From NCBI GenBank assembly GCA_965237415.1, contig CBDEFM010000002.1, forward strand, positions 3,648,001-3,712,000: a stretch of 64,000 nucleotides of DNA, in the 5' to 3' direction. The notes beneath the pieces were generated by a model that did no database searches, was not told the DNA's origin, and saw only the letters and a program-made list of their open reading frames with translations. This document shows, one piece after another, positions 29,815 through 38,780 of the stretch; positions within the stretch are counted from its first letter, which is position 1; each line of letters opens with the position of its first letter. A program made the translations under genes and the position numbers. This stretch comes from Alphaproteobacteria bacterium. Its GTDB lineage: Bacteria; Pseudomonadota; Alphaproteobacteria; UBA828.

Positions 29815-32205
29815 ATGGCGATTCGCGAGGATTTTGGCGCAGCTCTGACGCTGGTTGATGGCGGCGATGGGACTTGGTCGCCTGTCGAGGCGGCGCCGGC
29901 GCACGCGCGGCGCGATTGGCAGCCCCTATACGAGCAAGAACGTGCGCGGGCGGAGGCGGCCGAAGCGCGCTGTGAGGAGCTGCGCCGGGCGGAGTTGGCC
30001 TCTCGTTCCCGGGCCGGTTCGCTGAAGTCGCAGCTCGACGCCAGCCGGAACAAGCTGAAGGCGGCCGCGGAGGAGATCAGGGAAGTCCGCCGCACGGCGA
30101 AGAACGCCCTTGCCTTGCAGGCCGAAGTGACGCGCCTGGAGAAGCTCCTTTCGGAAGCCGGCGTCGAATCGAGCAAGCGCAGCACGATCATGTCCCTGCG
30201 CAAGGAGGTCGCTCGGCTGCGTGCGGCCGTGCCGGCGTCGGAGGCCTGTCGGCCGCGCGGGGCTCGGAGGCGATCGCGGAACCCCGAGGAGACGATCGCG
30301 TCGCTGCGCGAGGAGAACGCCCGGCTGAAGAAGGAGGTGCGTGCGGCGAAGGACCTGGAGGGCAGGGTCAAGTTCCTGGACCGCGAGATCGACAATCACC
30401 GCTCCTGGCTGCGGGGGTCGCACGACCACATTCAGCGGCTCGAGGCCCGGCATCGCGACGAGATCGATTGGTTGAAGAAGGACATGGCCTGGATGCGCGC
30501 GGCGTTCGTTGGGGCAGCGGACGATCGCAACCGCACGATCGCGTCGCTGCGCAAGCAACTCGACCGGCGGCGCGCGGCGGCCGTGCGGTTGGTGGAGGCC
30601 CGGGAGCGCACGATCGCCTGGCTGCGCGAGCGGAACGAGCGGCTGCGGGCGGCGACCGTGCGGGCCACGGACATGATCGTGTCGCTGCGCGAGAAGATCG
30701 CTGGGCTGCGCGCCCAGGTGCGGGCTTTGGAGGTCGAGAAGAAGGCGCTGGTGTCCCGCGTCGAGACGCTGGAAGCCCAGCTTGCGAAGCTCCGCGCGAG
30801 CCGGGCCGTGCTGTCGAAGTCGCTGTTCGGGAGAAAGAGCGAGCGGCAGAAGAAACCGCGCTCCGGGCGCAAGCGCGGTCAGCAGCGTGGCGCTCCCGGC
30901 CATGGCCGCACGCAGCGGCCCGGGCTCGAGGAGCGCACTGAAGAGCATAACCCGCCCGAGGATGCGTGCGTCTGTTCCTGTTGCGGGAAGCCCTATGCTG
31001 CCAACGGCGAGCGTTCCACGACCATCGTCGAGATCGAGGTCAAGGCCCACATGCGCAGAATCGTCCGGCCCCGCTGGCGCCGGAGTTGCGACTGCCCATC
31101 GTCGCCGCTGGAAGTGACGGCACCCCCGGTGCCGCGCCTGTTCGACAACACGCCCTACGGCATCAGCGTGTGGGTGTGCATCTTCTTCGAGCGCTTTGCC
31201 TGCTACCGCCCGCTCAAGCGGGTCGCAGCATGGCTGGCGAATATGGGGCTGCCGATCTCGCCGGGGACGCTGGCCGACAGTGTGAAGCGCTCCGTGCCGC
31301 TGTTCGAGCCCGTGGCCGAGGCGATCCTCGCGCACCAGAACAAGGCGGCGGTGCGCCATGCAGACGAGACCACATGGCGTGTGCAGGCGCTTCGCGAGAA
31401 GGGCCGCTCCAGCCGAGCCTGGCTCTGGACCTCGGTCAGCGCCGACGCGGTCTACTTCCACATCGATCCCTCGCGCTCAGCCGAGGTCGCGAAGGCCCTG
31501 TTCGGCGGCGTCATCGGTGTCGTGTTCCTGGTCTGCGACCGCCTCTCGACCTACAAGAGGCTGGCCCGAGAGCTCGACGGCAAGGTGATCCTCCAGTGGT
31601 GTTGGGCGCACCAGCGCAGATCGTTTATCGACTGTGCCGCCGGCCACGTGCGGCTCACCCGCTGGTGCCAGGGATGGATCGAGCGGATCGCAGCGATCTA
31701 CCGGCTGAACGATGCGCGGCTGGAGCATTACGACCCCGCTCTCGAACGCCAGACACCAGAGTTCGACGCGGCGCAGGGCGAGCTGAACAAGGCGGTCGAC
31801 GACCTGTTCGCGGACACCGAAGCGGAACTGGCCGGCCTGTCGGCCAAGGCGCTCAGGGCCAAGCCGCTGCGCTCGCTGCTCAACCACCGCGAGGGGCTGA
31901 GCGTCTTCGTCGATCACCCGCAGGTGCCGCCCGATAACAACCGCGCCGAGCTTGCCCTCAGGAGTGCGGTCATAGGACGACAGCTCTCGTTCGGTTCCGA
32001 CAGCGAGACCGGCGCCAGGTTCACGGCCATGATGTACTCGGTGGCGGGCACGCTCGCCATGAACGGCATCGATGTTCGGCGCTGGCTCGAGGAATGGCTG
32101 TCAGCGTGCGCGAAAAATGGCGGAAAACCGCCGGACGACCTGTCGCCCTGGCTGCCATGGTCGATGAGCGAGGGCCGCAGGCGTGCTCTCGCGGCGCCGG
32201 GATGA
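29815..32205 (+). CDS. IS66 family transposase (copy 3)
   Basis: Same translation as 23021-25411. Confidence 0.93.
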   Translation: MAIREDFGAALTLVDGGDGTWSPVEAAPAHARRDWQPLYEQERARAEAAEARCEELRRAELASRSRAGSLKSQLDASRNKLKAAAEEIREVRRTAKNALALQAEVTRLEKLLSEAGVESSKRSTIMSLRKEVARLRAAVPASEACRPRGARRRSRNPEETIASLREENARLKKEVRAAKDLEGRVKFLDREIDNHRSWLRGSHDHIQRLEARHRDEIDWLKKDMAWMRAAFVGAADDRNRTIASLRKQLDRRRAAAVRLVEARERTIAWLRERNERLRAATVRATDMIVSLREKIAGLRAQVRALEVEKKALVSRVETLEAQLAKLRASRAVLSKSLFGRKSERQKKPRSGRKRGQQRGAPGHGRTQRPGLEERTEEHNPPEDACVCSCCGKPYAANGERSTTIVEIEVKAHMRRIVRPRWRRSCDCPSSPLEVTAPPVPRLFDNTPYGISVWVCIFFERFACYRPLKRVAAWLANMGLPISPGTLADSVKRSVPLFEPVAEAILAHQNKAAVRHADETTWRVQALREKGRSSRAWLWTSVSADAVYFHIDPSRSAEVAKALFGGVIGVVFLVCDRLSTYKRLARELDGKVILQWCWAHQRRSFIDCAAGHVRLTRWCQGWIERIAAIYRLNDARLEHYDPALERQTPEFDAAQGELNKAVDDLFADTEAELAGLSAKALRAKPLRSLLNHREGLSVFVDHPQVPPDNNRAELALRSAVIGRQLSFGSDSETGARFTAMMYSVAGTLAMNGIDVRRWLEEWLSACAKNGGKPPDDLSPWLPWSMSEGRRRALAAPG

Positions 32206-33083
32206 CCGGCGAGATCGAGTGCCGCTATTACGGGCGCGAGTTCACCGCCGAAGAGATGGCGCTTCTGCGCGTCCTGGTGGCCGGTCCCGCGCGGCTCACC
32301 CGCCATGCCCTGTCGAAGGAGTTTTGCCGGCACATCGGCTGGTTCAGGCCCGACGGCGGGCTCAAGGACATGATGGCCAGGGTCACCATGCTGGCCATGC
32401 ACAGGGACGGCCTGATCACCCTGCCGCCGCCCAGGTGGCAGCAGGGCCAGCAAAAGCCGATTGTCTTCGGGCCTGACACCGAAACGCCGCTGTTCCCGGC
32501 GCCGACAACCCTCGACGAAGTCCGCCCGCTCGAACTGCGCACCGTCGTGCGCGGCACCCGCGAGGGCAAGCTGTGGAACGAGTTCATCGCCCGCTACCAC
32601 TATCTCGGCTACAAGACCCTGGTCGGCGCCCAGATGCGCTACGCCGTCCACGACCGAAACGGCTGGCCGCTCGCCATGCTCGGCTTCAGCACCGCGGCCT
32701 GGAAGCTCGCGCCGCGCGACAGCTTCATCGGATGGACACAACAGAAGCGCGAGAAGAACCTCCCCCTCGTGGTCGACAACCCGAGGTTCCTGATCCTGCC
32801 CTGGATCAAGATCCCCAATCTCGGCTCGCACATTCTCGCCATCGTCCGCCGCCGCCTGCCCGAGGACTGGACCGAGCGCTACAACACCACCCCCGTGCTC
32901 ATCGAGACCTTCGTCCAGACCCCGCGCTTCACCGGCGCTGTCTACAAGGCCTCCGGCTGGATCCGTGTCGGAACCACCCAGGGACGCGGCCGCTACGACA
33001 GGTACAGCAAACGCGACCAGCCGAAGAAGGACATCTGGCTCCGGCCTCTCCGGAGGGATTGGAAGCGAACCCTCAATCGGTAA
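32202..33083 (+). CDS. DUF4338 / DruA-like protein (copy 3)
   Basis: Same translation as 25408-26289. Confidence 0.85.
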   Translation: MTGEIECRYYGREFTAEEMALLRVLVAGPARLTRHALSKEFCRHIGWFRPDGGLKDMMARVTMLAMHRDGLITLPPPRWQQGQQKPIVFGPDTETPLFPAPTTLDEVRPLELRTVVRGTREGKLWNEFIARYHYLGYKTLVGAQMRYAVHDRNGWPLAMLGFSTAAWKLAPRDSFIGWTQQKREKNLPLVVDNPRFLILPWIKIPNLGSHILAIVRRRLPEDWTERYNTTPVLIETFVQTPRFTGAVYKASGWIRVGTTQGRGRYDRYSKRDQPKKDIWLRPLRRDWKRTLNR

Positions 33084-33248
33084 AATCCCCCGGCCGCCGA
33101 ACGCTTACCCTCGAACCGCTGCCGCCATCTTGATTTCCCCAGCTCATGGCCGGCATACATGTGCCGACTCTGTGTTGACAGTTCGTTTTGGCATGCCAGA
33201 ATGGGAATCGAAAACTCCGAAAACTTCAATGTTTCCGGGTGGTTGAGC

Positions 33249-33288
33249 GGTTGCGGGGGCAGAGTTTTAACCTGCGACCTTCAGGTTA
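33249..33288 (-). other. Degenerate 3' half of tRNA-fMet (att-site relic)
   Basis: GGTTGCGGGGGCAGagtttTAACCTGCGACCTTCAGGTTA closely matches the reverse complement of an alphaproteobacterial initiator tRNA 3' half. Confidence 0.7.
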
Positions 33289-33351
33289 GGCATAGTACCG
33301 GCGTACCGATATCGTTCTCAGTCGACAGGTATAGGCTTACATGCGCAAGCG

Positions 33352-33484
33352 CTAGTCACCTGAATCTGAAGTTCGCCACATAAAGACAACTATATTGCAC
33401 GACCACATTCTTCGACAATAGAGCGACTTAGTGTGACGACACTGCCAATTGAAAATGATCTCAACTTCAGTGTCAGGTGACTAG
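33352..33484 (+). mobile_element. 133-bp IS630-related MITE, subtype B
   Basis: CTAGTCACCTGAATCTGAAGTT...CAGGTGACTAG. Confidence 0.92.
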
Positions 33485-33632
33485 AACAGGCCTGTTAATG
33501 ATGTGCTCACGCCTAAGTACGTGCCACGCAAGGCACTATATTGGCCACTGAAGATTTTTATGAATTGTCAGTGGGCTGTAGGACAGCGTTGGCCACAGCT
33601 TGCGGACATCCTTTCTGTTCGGCTACACGATC

Positions 33633-35296
33633 CAGACCGTGTGAAAACTCTGGGTGGCGGGGGATTCCGTGCGGCTCATGGCGATGTTAGGGTCCGGCAT
33701 GAGACACATTCCTGGCATTGACCGCTCTCAGGTTCTGCTTCTGCCGGAAGCAGTGGACGATTACGTGGGCCGGGATAACCCGGTCCGTTTCATCGACGCC
33801 TTCGTGGATGGTTTGGACTTAGCGGCCGCTGGTTTCGAGCGCGCCGCGCCGAAGGCGACGGGTCGTCCCGGCTACGATCCGGCGGACCTGCTGAAGCTCT
33901 ACATATACGGTTATCTCAATCGGGTACGTTCGAGCCGCCGGCTGGAGGCCGAGAGCAAGCGCAATCTCGAAGTGATCTGGCTGTTGCGGCGTTTGTCGCC
34001 GGACTTCAAGACGATCGCCGATTTCCGGCGGATCAATCGGGCGGCGTTCCGCCAGGTGTTTCGGGAGTTCGTGAGGCTATGCCGCGAACTGGAGCTGTTT
34101 GGACGCGAGCTGGTGGCGGTCGATGGCACTCGGATCAAGGCAGTGAACAGCCGGGAGCGGAACTTCACCAAAGCGAAGCTGGAGAAGGCGTTGGCCGAGA
34201 GCGACGAGAGGTTGTCGCGTTATCTCGACCGGCTCGACGAGGCCGACGGGCAAGACGAGGGCGGCACCGGCGGCGGCGAGGTGGAGCATATCGAGGAGAA
34301 GATCGCTGCGATCCAAGGGCGGCGTGAGCGGTTTGAGGAACATCGAGACGCGCTGGCTGCGAGTGGCGAGGACCAGCTCTCTTTGACGGATCCGGACGGC
34401 CGGGCGATGCACGCCGCGACCCGGGTCGGTGTCGGCTACAACATCCAGATCGCGGTGGACGCCAAGCACAAACTGATCGCCGAGCAGCAGGTCCATAACA
34501 AGGTCAGCGATCTCGGTCTATTGGCCGAGACGGCGGTGGTGGCCCGTCGGAACCTGGCCGTCGATCGGATCGACGCGGTCGCCGACGCGGGCTACTTCAA
34601 GATCGAGGATATCGAGGCCTGCGAGAATGCCGGCGTCATGCCGCATGTGCCCAAGCCCCAGCGCGGATCAACGGTGAGCCAGGGGCTCTTTCCCAAGGAA
34701 CGCTTCCGCTATCACGGCGGCGAGGACATTTACATCTGCCCCGACGGCCAACGCCTGGCGCTACACAGCAAGCGCAAGCGCCGCGACATCTTCTTCGCCA
34801 GTTACGCCAATCGCGCCGCGTGCAAGGAGTGCCAACTCAAGTCGAAGTGTACGAAGAGCGCCTTCCGTCGGGTCCTGCGCTATGTCGACGAAGCGATCCT
34901 GGAGCGCATGGCAGAACGATTGGCGGCCCGCCCGGAGCTGCTCGATGCGCGCCGTGAAAGCGTCGAGCATCCCTTCGACACGATCAAACAATGGATGGGC
35001 CAGGGTGCCTTCCTGACCCGGCGGCTGGAGAGCGTGCGCGGCGAGTTCAGCATCACGGCGCTGGCTTACAACATCCGCCGCGCGATCTCTCTGGTAGGTG
35101 TTCCCGCCTTGATCGCCGCCGCGAGGGCGTGAGACGGGAGTCTGGCCCAAATCGAGCGCCGCACATCGATCCACGGAGGCCTGGAGCCCCTTCCGCGGGG
35201 CTACCGGCGCCAAACCGCCGGACTACGTGGGATCGCGGCAAATCATGGTGACCTAAACCTCCATCCCCGCCACCGCCCGAGTTTTCACACGGTCTG
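33633..35296 (+). mobile_element. IS1182 family element (transposase 33699-35132)
   Basis: PDFKTIADFR, VDGTRIKA, TDPD, ADAGY, VEHPF motifs; IR CAGACCGTGTGAAAACTC; GATC on both sides. Confidence 0.93.
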
Positions 35297-35328
35297 GATC
35301 GTGTAGCCGCCAGTGAAGCCGTTGGCCA

Positions 35329-35766
35329 TCAGATATCGAGCCGCTCATCGGCGAGTTGGCGCCGTTTCTCAAGGTCGAAACGACCCTCGTAGATCGGCCG
35401 CCCTCCTGTGGTCGGACCCGGATACTGCACGTACAGAATTAGGCCGCCCTTCTCGGTGTGCAACGCCTCCTCGTAGTGCGGGTCGGGATAGAAGAACATC
35501 GTTCCGGGGCCATGGGTCTTCCCACCGATCTCGAACTCGCCTTCCAGGATGTACCAGACCTGCGCGAAGTCGTGCCGGTGATAGGGATGATGGGCGCCGG
35601 GATCGTAACGGACGAGACCCGCGTTGGGCCCTGTGGGACACTCTGCTCGCGGATGAAATACCATTTTCGCATGCTGGCCCGGGAATCGCTGCACACGCCA
35701 AGGAAGCTCGTCTGGATGCCCGATGACGCACCCACTATCCGCTTCGCCAGCCTGTTCATTTGCCAT
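35329..35766 (-). CDS. Cupin domain protein
   Basis: HPYHRHDFAQVWYILEG and PHYE cupin motifs. Confidence 0.85.
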   Translation of the reverse strand: MANEQAGEADSGCVIGHPDELPWRVQRFPGQHAKMVFHPRAECPTGPNAGLVRYDPGAHHPYHRHDFAQVWYILEGEFEIGGKTHGPGTMFFYPDPHYEEALHTEKGGLILYVQYPGPTTGGRPIYEGRFDLEKRRQLADERLDI

Positions 35767-35807
35767 GGTCTTCCCTCGCTCCTTGCATTCGGCGCCCCGT
35801 CCCGGCG

Positions 35808-36497
35808 TTAGAGACGCGCCCGCAGCGCGGCGACGACGTCCTCAGCGGTCATCACGTCGCCGAATTGCTGGATAACATTCTCCAGCGTTGCGCGATGCTC
35901 GTCGTCGGAGAGCGCGGCGCAGCAATCGGACAGCATGACCACCTTGAAGTCCAATTGCATGGCATCGCGGGCGGTCGATTCGCAGCACACGTTCGTCTTG
36001 GTGCCCGCGATCAACACATTCTCAATGCCGTAACCGTGCAGCCAGCGCTCGAGATGCGACGAGCCGGGGATCAGCGCGCTATAACGTGTCTTGACTATAC
36101 GAACATCCTCAGGCTCGACGTTGAGTTCGTGCCAGATCTCCTGCCCATCGCCGGCGGGCGACATGCTTTCCATGCTGCGTTCGCGCACAGCGCCGCCAAG
36201 GATGCCGTTGTAGTAGAGGTTCCATTCGCTGCCGCCGCCGTCGTTGCGGTGGGTCATCGTGATCCAGACGATTTTGACGCCCACTCCGCGCAGCTCGCTG
36301 ATCAGACCGTTCAGTGTTTGGACGATGCTGCGTGAGGCGGGCACCTCCGCCGCCGCTCCCTCCTGGCAGAAGGTATTCTGCATATCGATCACGAGCAGCG
36401 CCGTCTTCAAAGGATCAAGCGTTTCGTAGACATGGAACTTGCCACGCTTGGCAAGCACGCGATCGACGATCTCGTCGCGTATGTCGACCCGATGCAT
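35808..36497 (-). CDS. Isochorismatase-family cysteine hydrolase
   Basis: ALLVIDMQN, KTRYSA, TNVCCESTARDA. Confidence 0.92.
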   Translation of the reverse strand: MHRVDIRDEIVDRVLAKRGKFHVYETLDPLKTALLVIDMQNTFCQEGAAAEVPASRSIVQTLNGLISELRGVGVKIVWITMTHRNDGGGSEWNLYYNGILGGAVRERSMESMSPAGDGQEIWHELNVEPEDVRIVKTRYSALIPGSSHLERWLHGYGIENVLIAGTKTNVCCESTARDAMQLDFKVVMLSDCCAALSDDEHRATLENVIQQFGDVMTAEDVVAALRARL

Positions 36498-36541
36498 GGT
36501 TGGTCTCCTCTTCGGCTCCCTCGCAGGTGCCCACGACGCCG

Positions 36542-36829
36542 CTATAGGAACAGGACATCGTTCAAGAACGGCTCACCCTTTGATGCGGTCTCGGTGTCCA
36601 AGAGGGTCCCGCAGCCGGGGCAAAGAAATCTTCGCAGAACGACGTCTCCCTCCGTCACGTGGAGGGGCCCCGCCACCTTTTCCATGGGCGTTTCATTAAG
36701 CAACGCTCTCGACTTCCACGGCTCTCCGGCCGGGCCCAGGCGATGACCGCACGCTTGGCAGCAGACGTACTGCTCCGCCTGAGTCGATAGGATCTCGAGC
36801 GTTTCTGACATCCGTCGGCGTGAACTCAT
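36542..36829 (-). CDS. Acetone carboxylase gamma-subunit-like zinc protein
   Basis: CQACGH...WK...FLCPGCGTLLDTE. Confidence 0.8.
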   Translation of the reverse strand: MSSRRRMSETLEILSTQAEQYVCCQACGHRLGPAGEPWKSRALLNETPMEKVAGPLHVTEGDVVLRRFLCPGCGTLLDTETASKGEPFLNDVLFL

Positions 36830-36866
36830 CTGCCGGGTTCCGTCGGACCGCTTGGTGAGCGACGTC

Positions 36867-38771
36867 TTACTCGGCCGCCTGGGAAATCGGTCGGGCGCGA
36901 TCCATGCGCTCCTTACGGAGTTCGGCGCGGTGGCCGTCCGTCGCGGCGACATCCACGTTGTCCGCCTCCTCGGCGATAACGACGCCGTAGACGTCGCGCG
37001 CTGCCCCCAGCGAGACGATCCCGGTCCTATAGTCGGCGAGCACCCTTTCGGGTTCGCGCAACAGCGGATCGCCGACGCCGCCGCCGCCGCTCCAGCGCAC
37101 GTAGAGCACGTCCTCCCCTCGGAGCGGAAACAGTCCCCACCCCGTAGTTTCACGAGGACCGCCTATGTCCTCGATCCTTTGCGCGAACTGCCGATCCACG
37201 TTGCTGCGCACGAGCGCCGGTTGGTCCGATGTATTCGCGCCGTTCGACCCGGTGGGTTGCTCGGCACTGGGCTCCGCCTCGTCCCGGATCAGGAAGAAAT
37301 TGGCCGGGGCCCCGGGATAACCGCCGCCTAGGCCCTCGGCGAGCGGGAACAAGACTCCTTTACTGGAAACGTTGTAGTTCATGCTTTTCGGGGCGTCATG
37401 CGCGACCAGCGCGTACTCACCGCCGGCGCCGCCGCGGAACCGACCTGCTCCGCCGGAATCGCGCATGCGCCGGCGAAAGAGATAGCGGACCGCGAACGTT
37501 CCCTCGGTGGTCTCGACGTTGGCCATCCGGCAGATCGGATTTACCAGCTCACCGCCGAGGTCGACACCGTCGGCGAAGGTGCGCGCGCCGCCCGAACCGG
37601 AGAAGGCCTCGGTCTGGAAGCCTATCGTCTCCAGACCCTCCTGGTTGATCCCGAAAAGGAAGAGCGCGTGCAGGGTGCCATGCCAAACGCCCGTGGCCTG
37701 CTGCGCATGTTTTTCGCTCGCCAGCAGCATCTTGCTGAGCACGGTCGTCGAAGCGTTGTTGACCGACTGCACACCGCAGACCGTCGCGCAAGATGTCGGC
37801 GCCGGACGGGTCGCGTTGATCACCGTGCCCTCCGGCGCAATCATCTCGACCGGTCTGAGCAGCCCCTCGTTCCAGCTGAGGTCGTAAGCAAGCAGCGGAA
37901 ACAAGGGAGCGAACAAAGCGCCGAGAACCGCCCAGTACGAGCAATTGATCCCATAGGTCTCCGATTGCGGGCTCGATCCCGTGAAATCGTAGGTCAGACG
38001 GTCACCGCGCTTGGTCATGGCCAAGTTGATGCGATAGACCTCGTTACGCACGTCGATGTACTGGCGAGCCTCCCATCTGCCATCGGGCAATTCGCGAAGA
38101 CGTTCTCGGAGCAACTGCTCCGACTGATCGATGAGTGTCTGGCCGATCTCATCCAAGGTCTCGGCACCATACTTGTCGAGCAGGGTCACCATGCGGTCAC
38201 GCGCAACATTGCCGGCGGCGATCAAGGACGAGATGTCGAGCGCCACCATCTCGGGCACGCGGACCATGTTGAGCAGCGTCTGGCGCGCGTCTCTGCGGAT
38301 CTCGCCGCGCTCGAGAACTTTGATGCCCGGGGTGCTGAAGCCTTCCATGAACACCGAGGTCGCGTCGGGACTGAATCCACCCTCGTTCACCGCACCGATG
38401 TCGTACACGTGAACAAAACAGGCGCTCCAGGCAACGAGTTCGCCATCGTAGTGTATGGGGGTGACCATGAAGACATCCGAGGTATGCATCGCCGCGGTGT
38501 AAGGACAATTGGTCAGGAACATGTCGCCTTGGTGAATGTCCCCGTCAAACTGGCGGAGGATCACGCGGACGGCCTCGGCAGCGGGGATCAGATGGTGCAG
38601 AAACCCGACGCCGCCAAGCAGGAGATCGCCGTTGGCGCGATAGAGAGACACCATCAGGTCGTGCCCTTCGTTCGTTATGGCGCTGCCCGTCACATGTTTT
38701 AGCGTAATGATCGCCTCCTGGATGATCCGGAACATGCGATGGCGAATGATTTCGAAGGTGATTGGGTCCAC
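36867..38771 (-). CDS. Hydantoinase B/oxoprolinase family protein
   Basis: DPITFEII, HVYDIG, DSGGAGRFRGG, GGGGVGDPLLR. Confidence 0.93.
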   Translation of the reverse strand: MDPITFEIIRHRMFRIIQEAIITLKHVTGSAITNEGHDLMVSLYRANGDLLLGGVGFLHHLIPAAEAVRVILRQFDGDIHQGDMFLTNCPYTAAMHTSDVFMVTPIHYDGELVAWSACFVHVYDIGAVNEGGFSPDATSVFMEGFSTPGIKVLERGEIRRDARQTLLNMVRVPEMVALDISSLIAAGNVARDRMVTLLDKYGAETLDEIGQTLIDQSEQLLRERLRELPDGRWEARQYIDVRNEVYRINLAMTKRGDRLTYDFTGSSPQSETYGINCSYWAVLGALFAPLFPLLAYDLSWNEGLLRPVEMIAPEGTVINATRPAPTSCATVCGVQSVNNASTTVLSKMLLASEKHAQQATGVWHGTLHALFLFGINQEGLETIGFQTEAFSGSGGARTFADGVDLGGELVNPICRMANVETTEGTFAVRYLFRRRMRDSGGAGRFRGGAGGEYALVAHDAPKSMNYNVSSKGVLFPLAEGLGGGYPGAPANFFLIRDEAEPSAEQPTGSNGANTSDQPALVRSNVDRQFAQRIEDIGGPRETTGWGLFPLRGEDVLYVRWSGGGGVGDPLLREPERVLADYRTGIVSLGAARDVYGVVIAEEADNVDVAATDGHRAELRKERMDRARPISQAAE

Positions 38772-38780
38772 AGCGCACCT

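Larger units (their letters stand above)
29729..33108 (+). mobile_element. IS66-like two-gene transposon, copy 3
   Basis: Same IRs; 8-bp TSD CCTCGAAC on both sides. Confidence 0.95.

Noticed and set aside
25408-33083. Druantia defence system
   Set aside because: Only the DruA-like gene is present, inside transposon IRs; no DruE helicase or other dru genes (the nearby helicase is an ordinary DEAD-box protein)
33249-33288. Functional tRNA-Met
   Set aside because: Only the 3' half is present, with a damaged T-arm and no CCA
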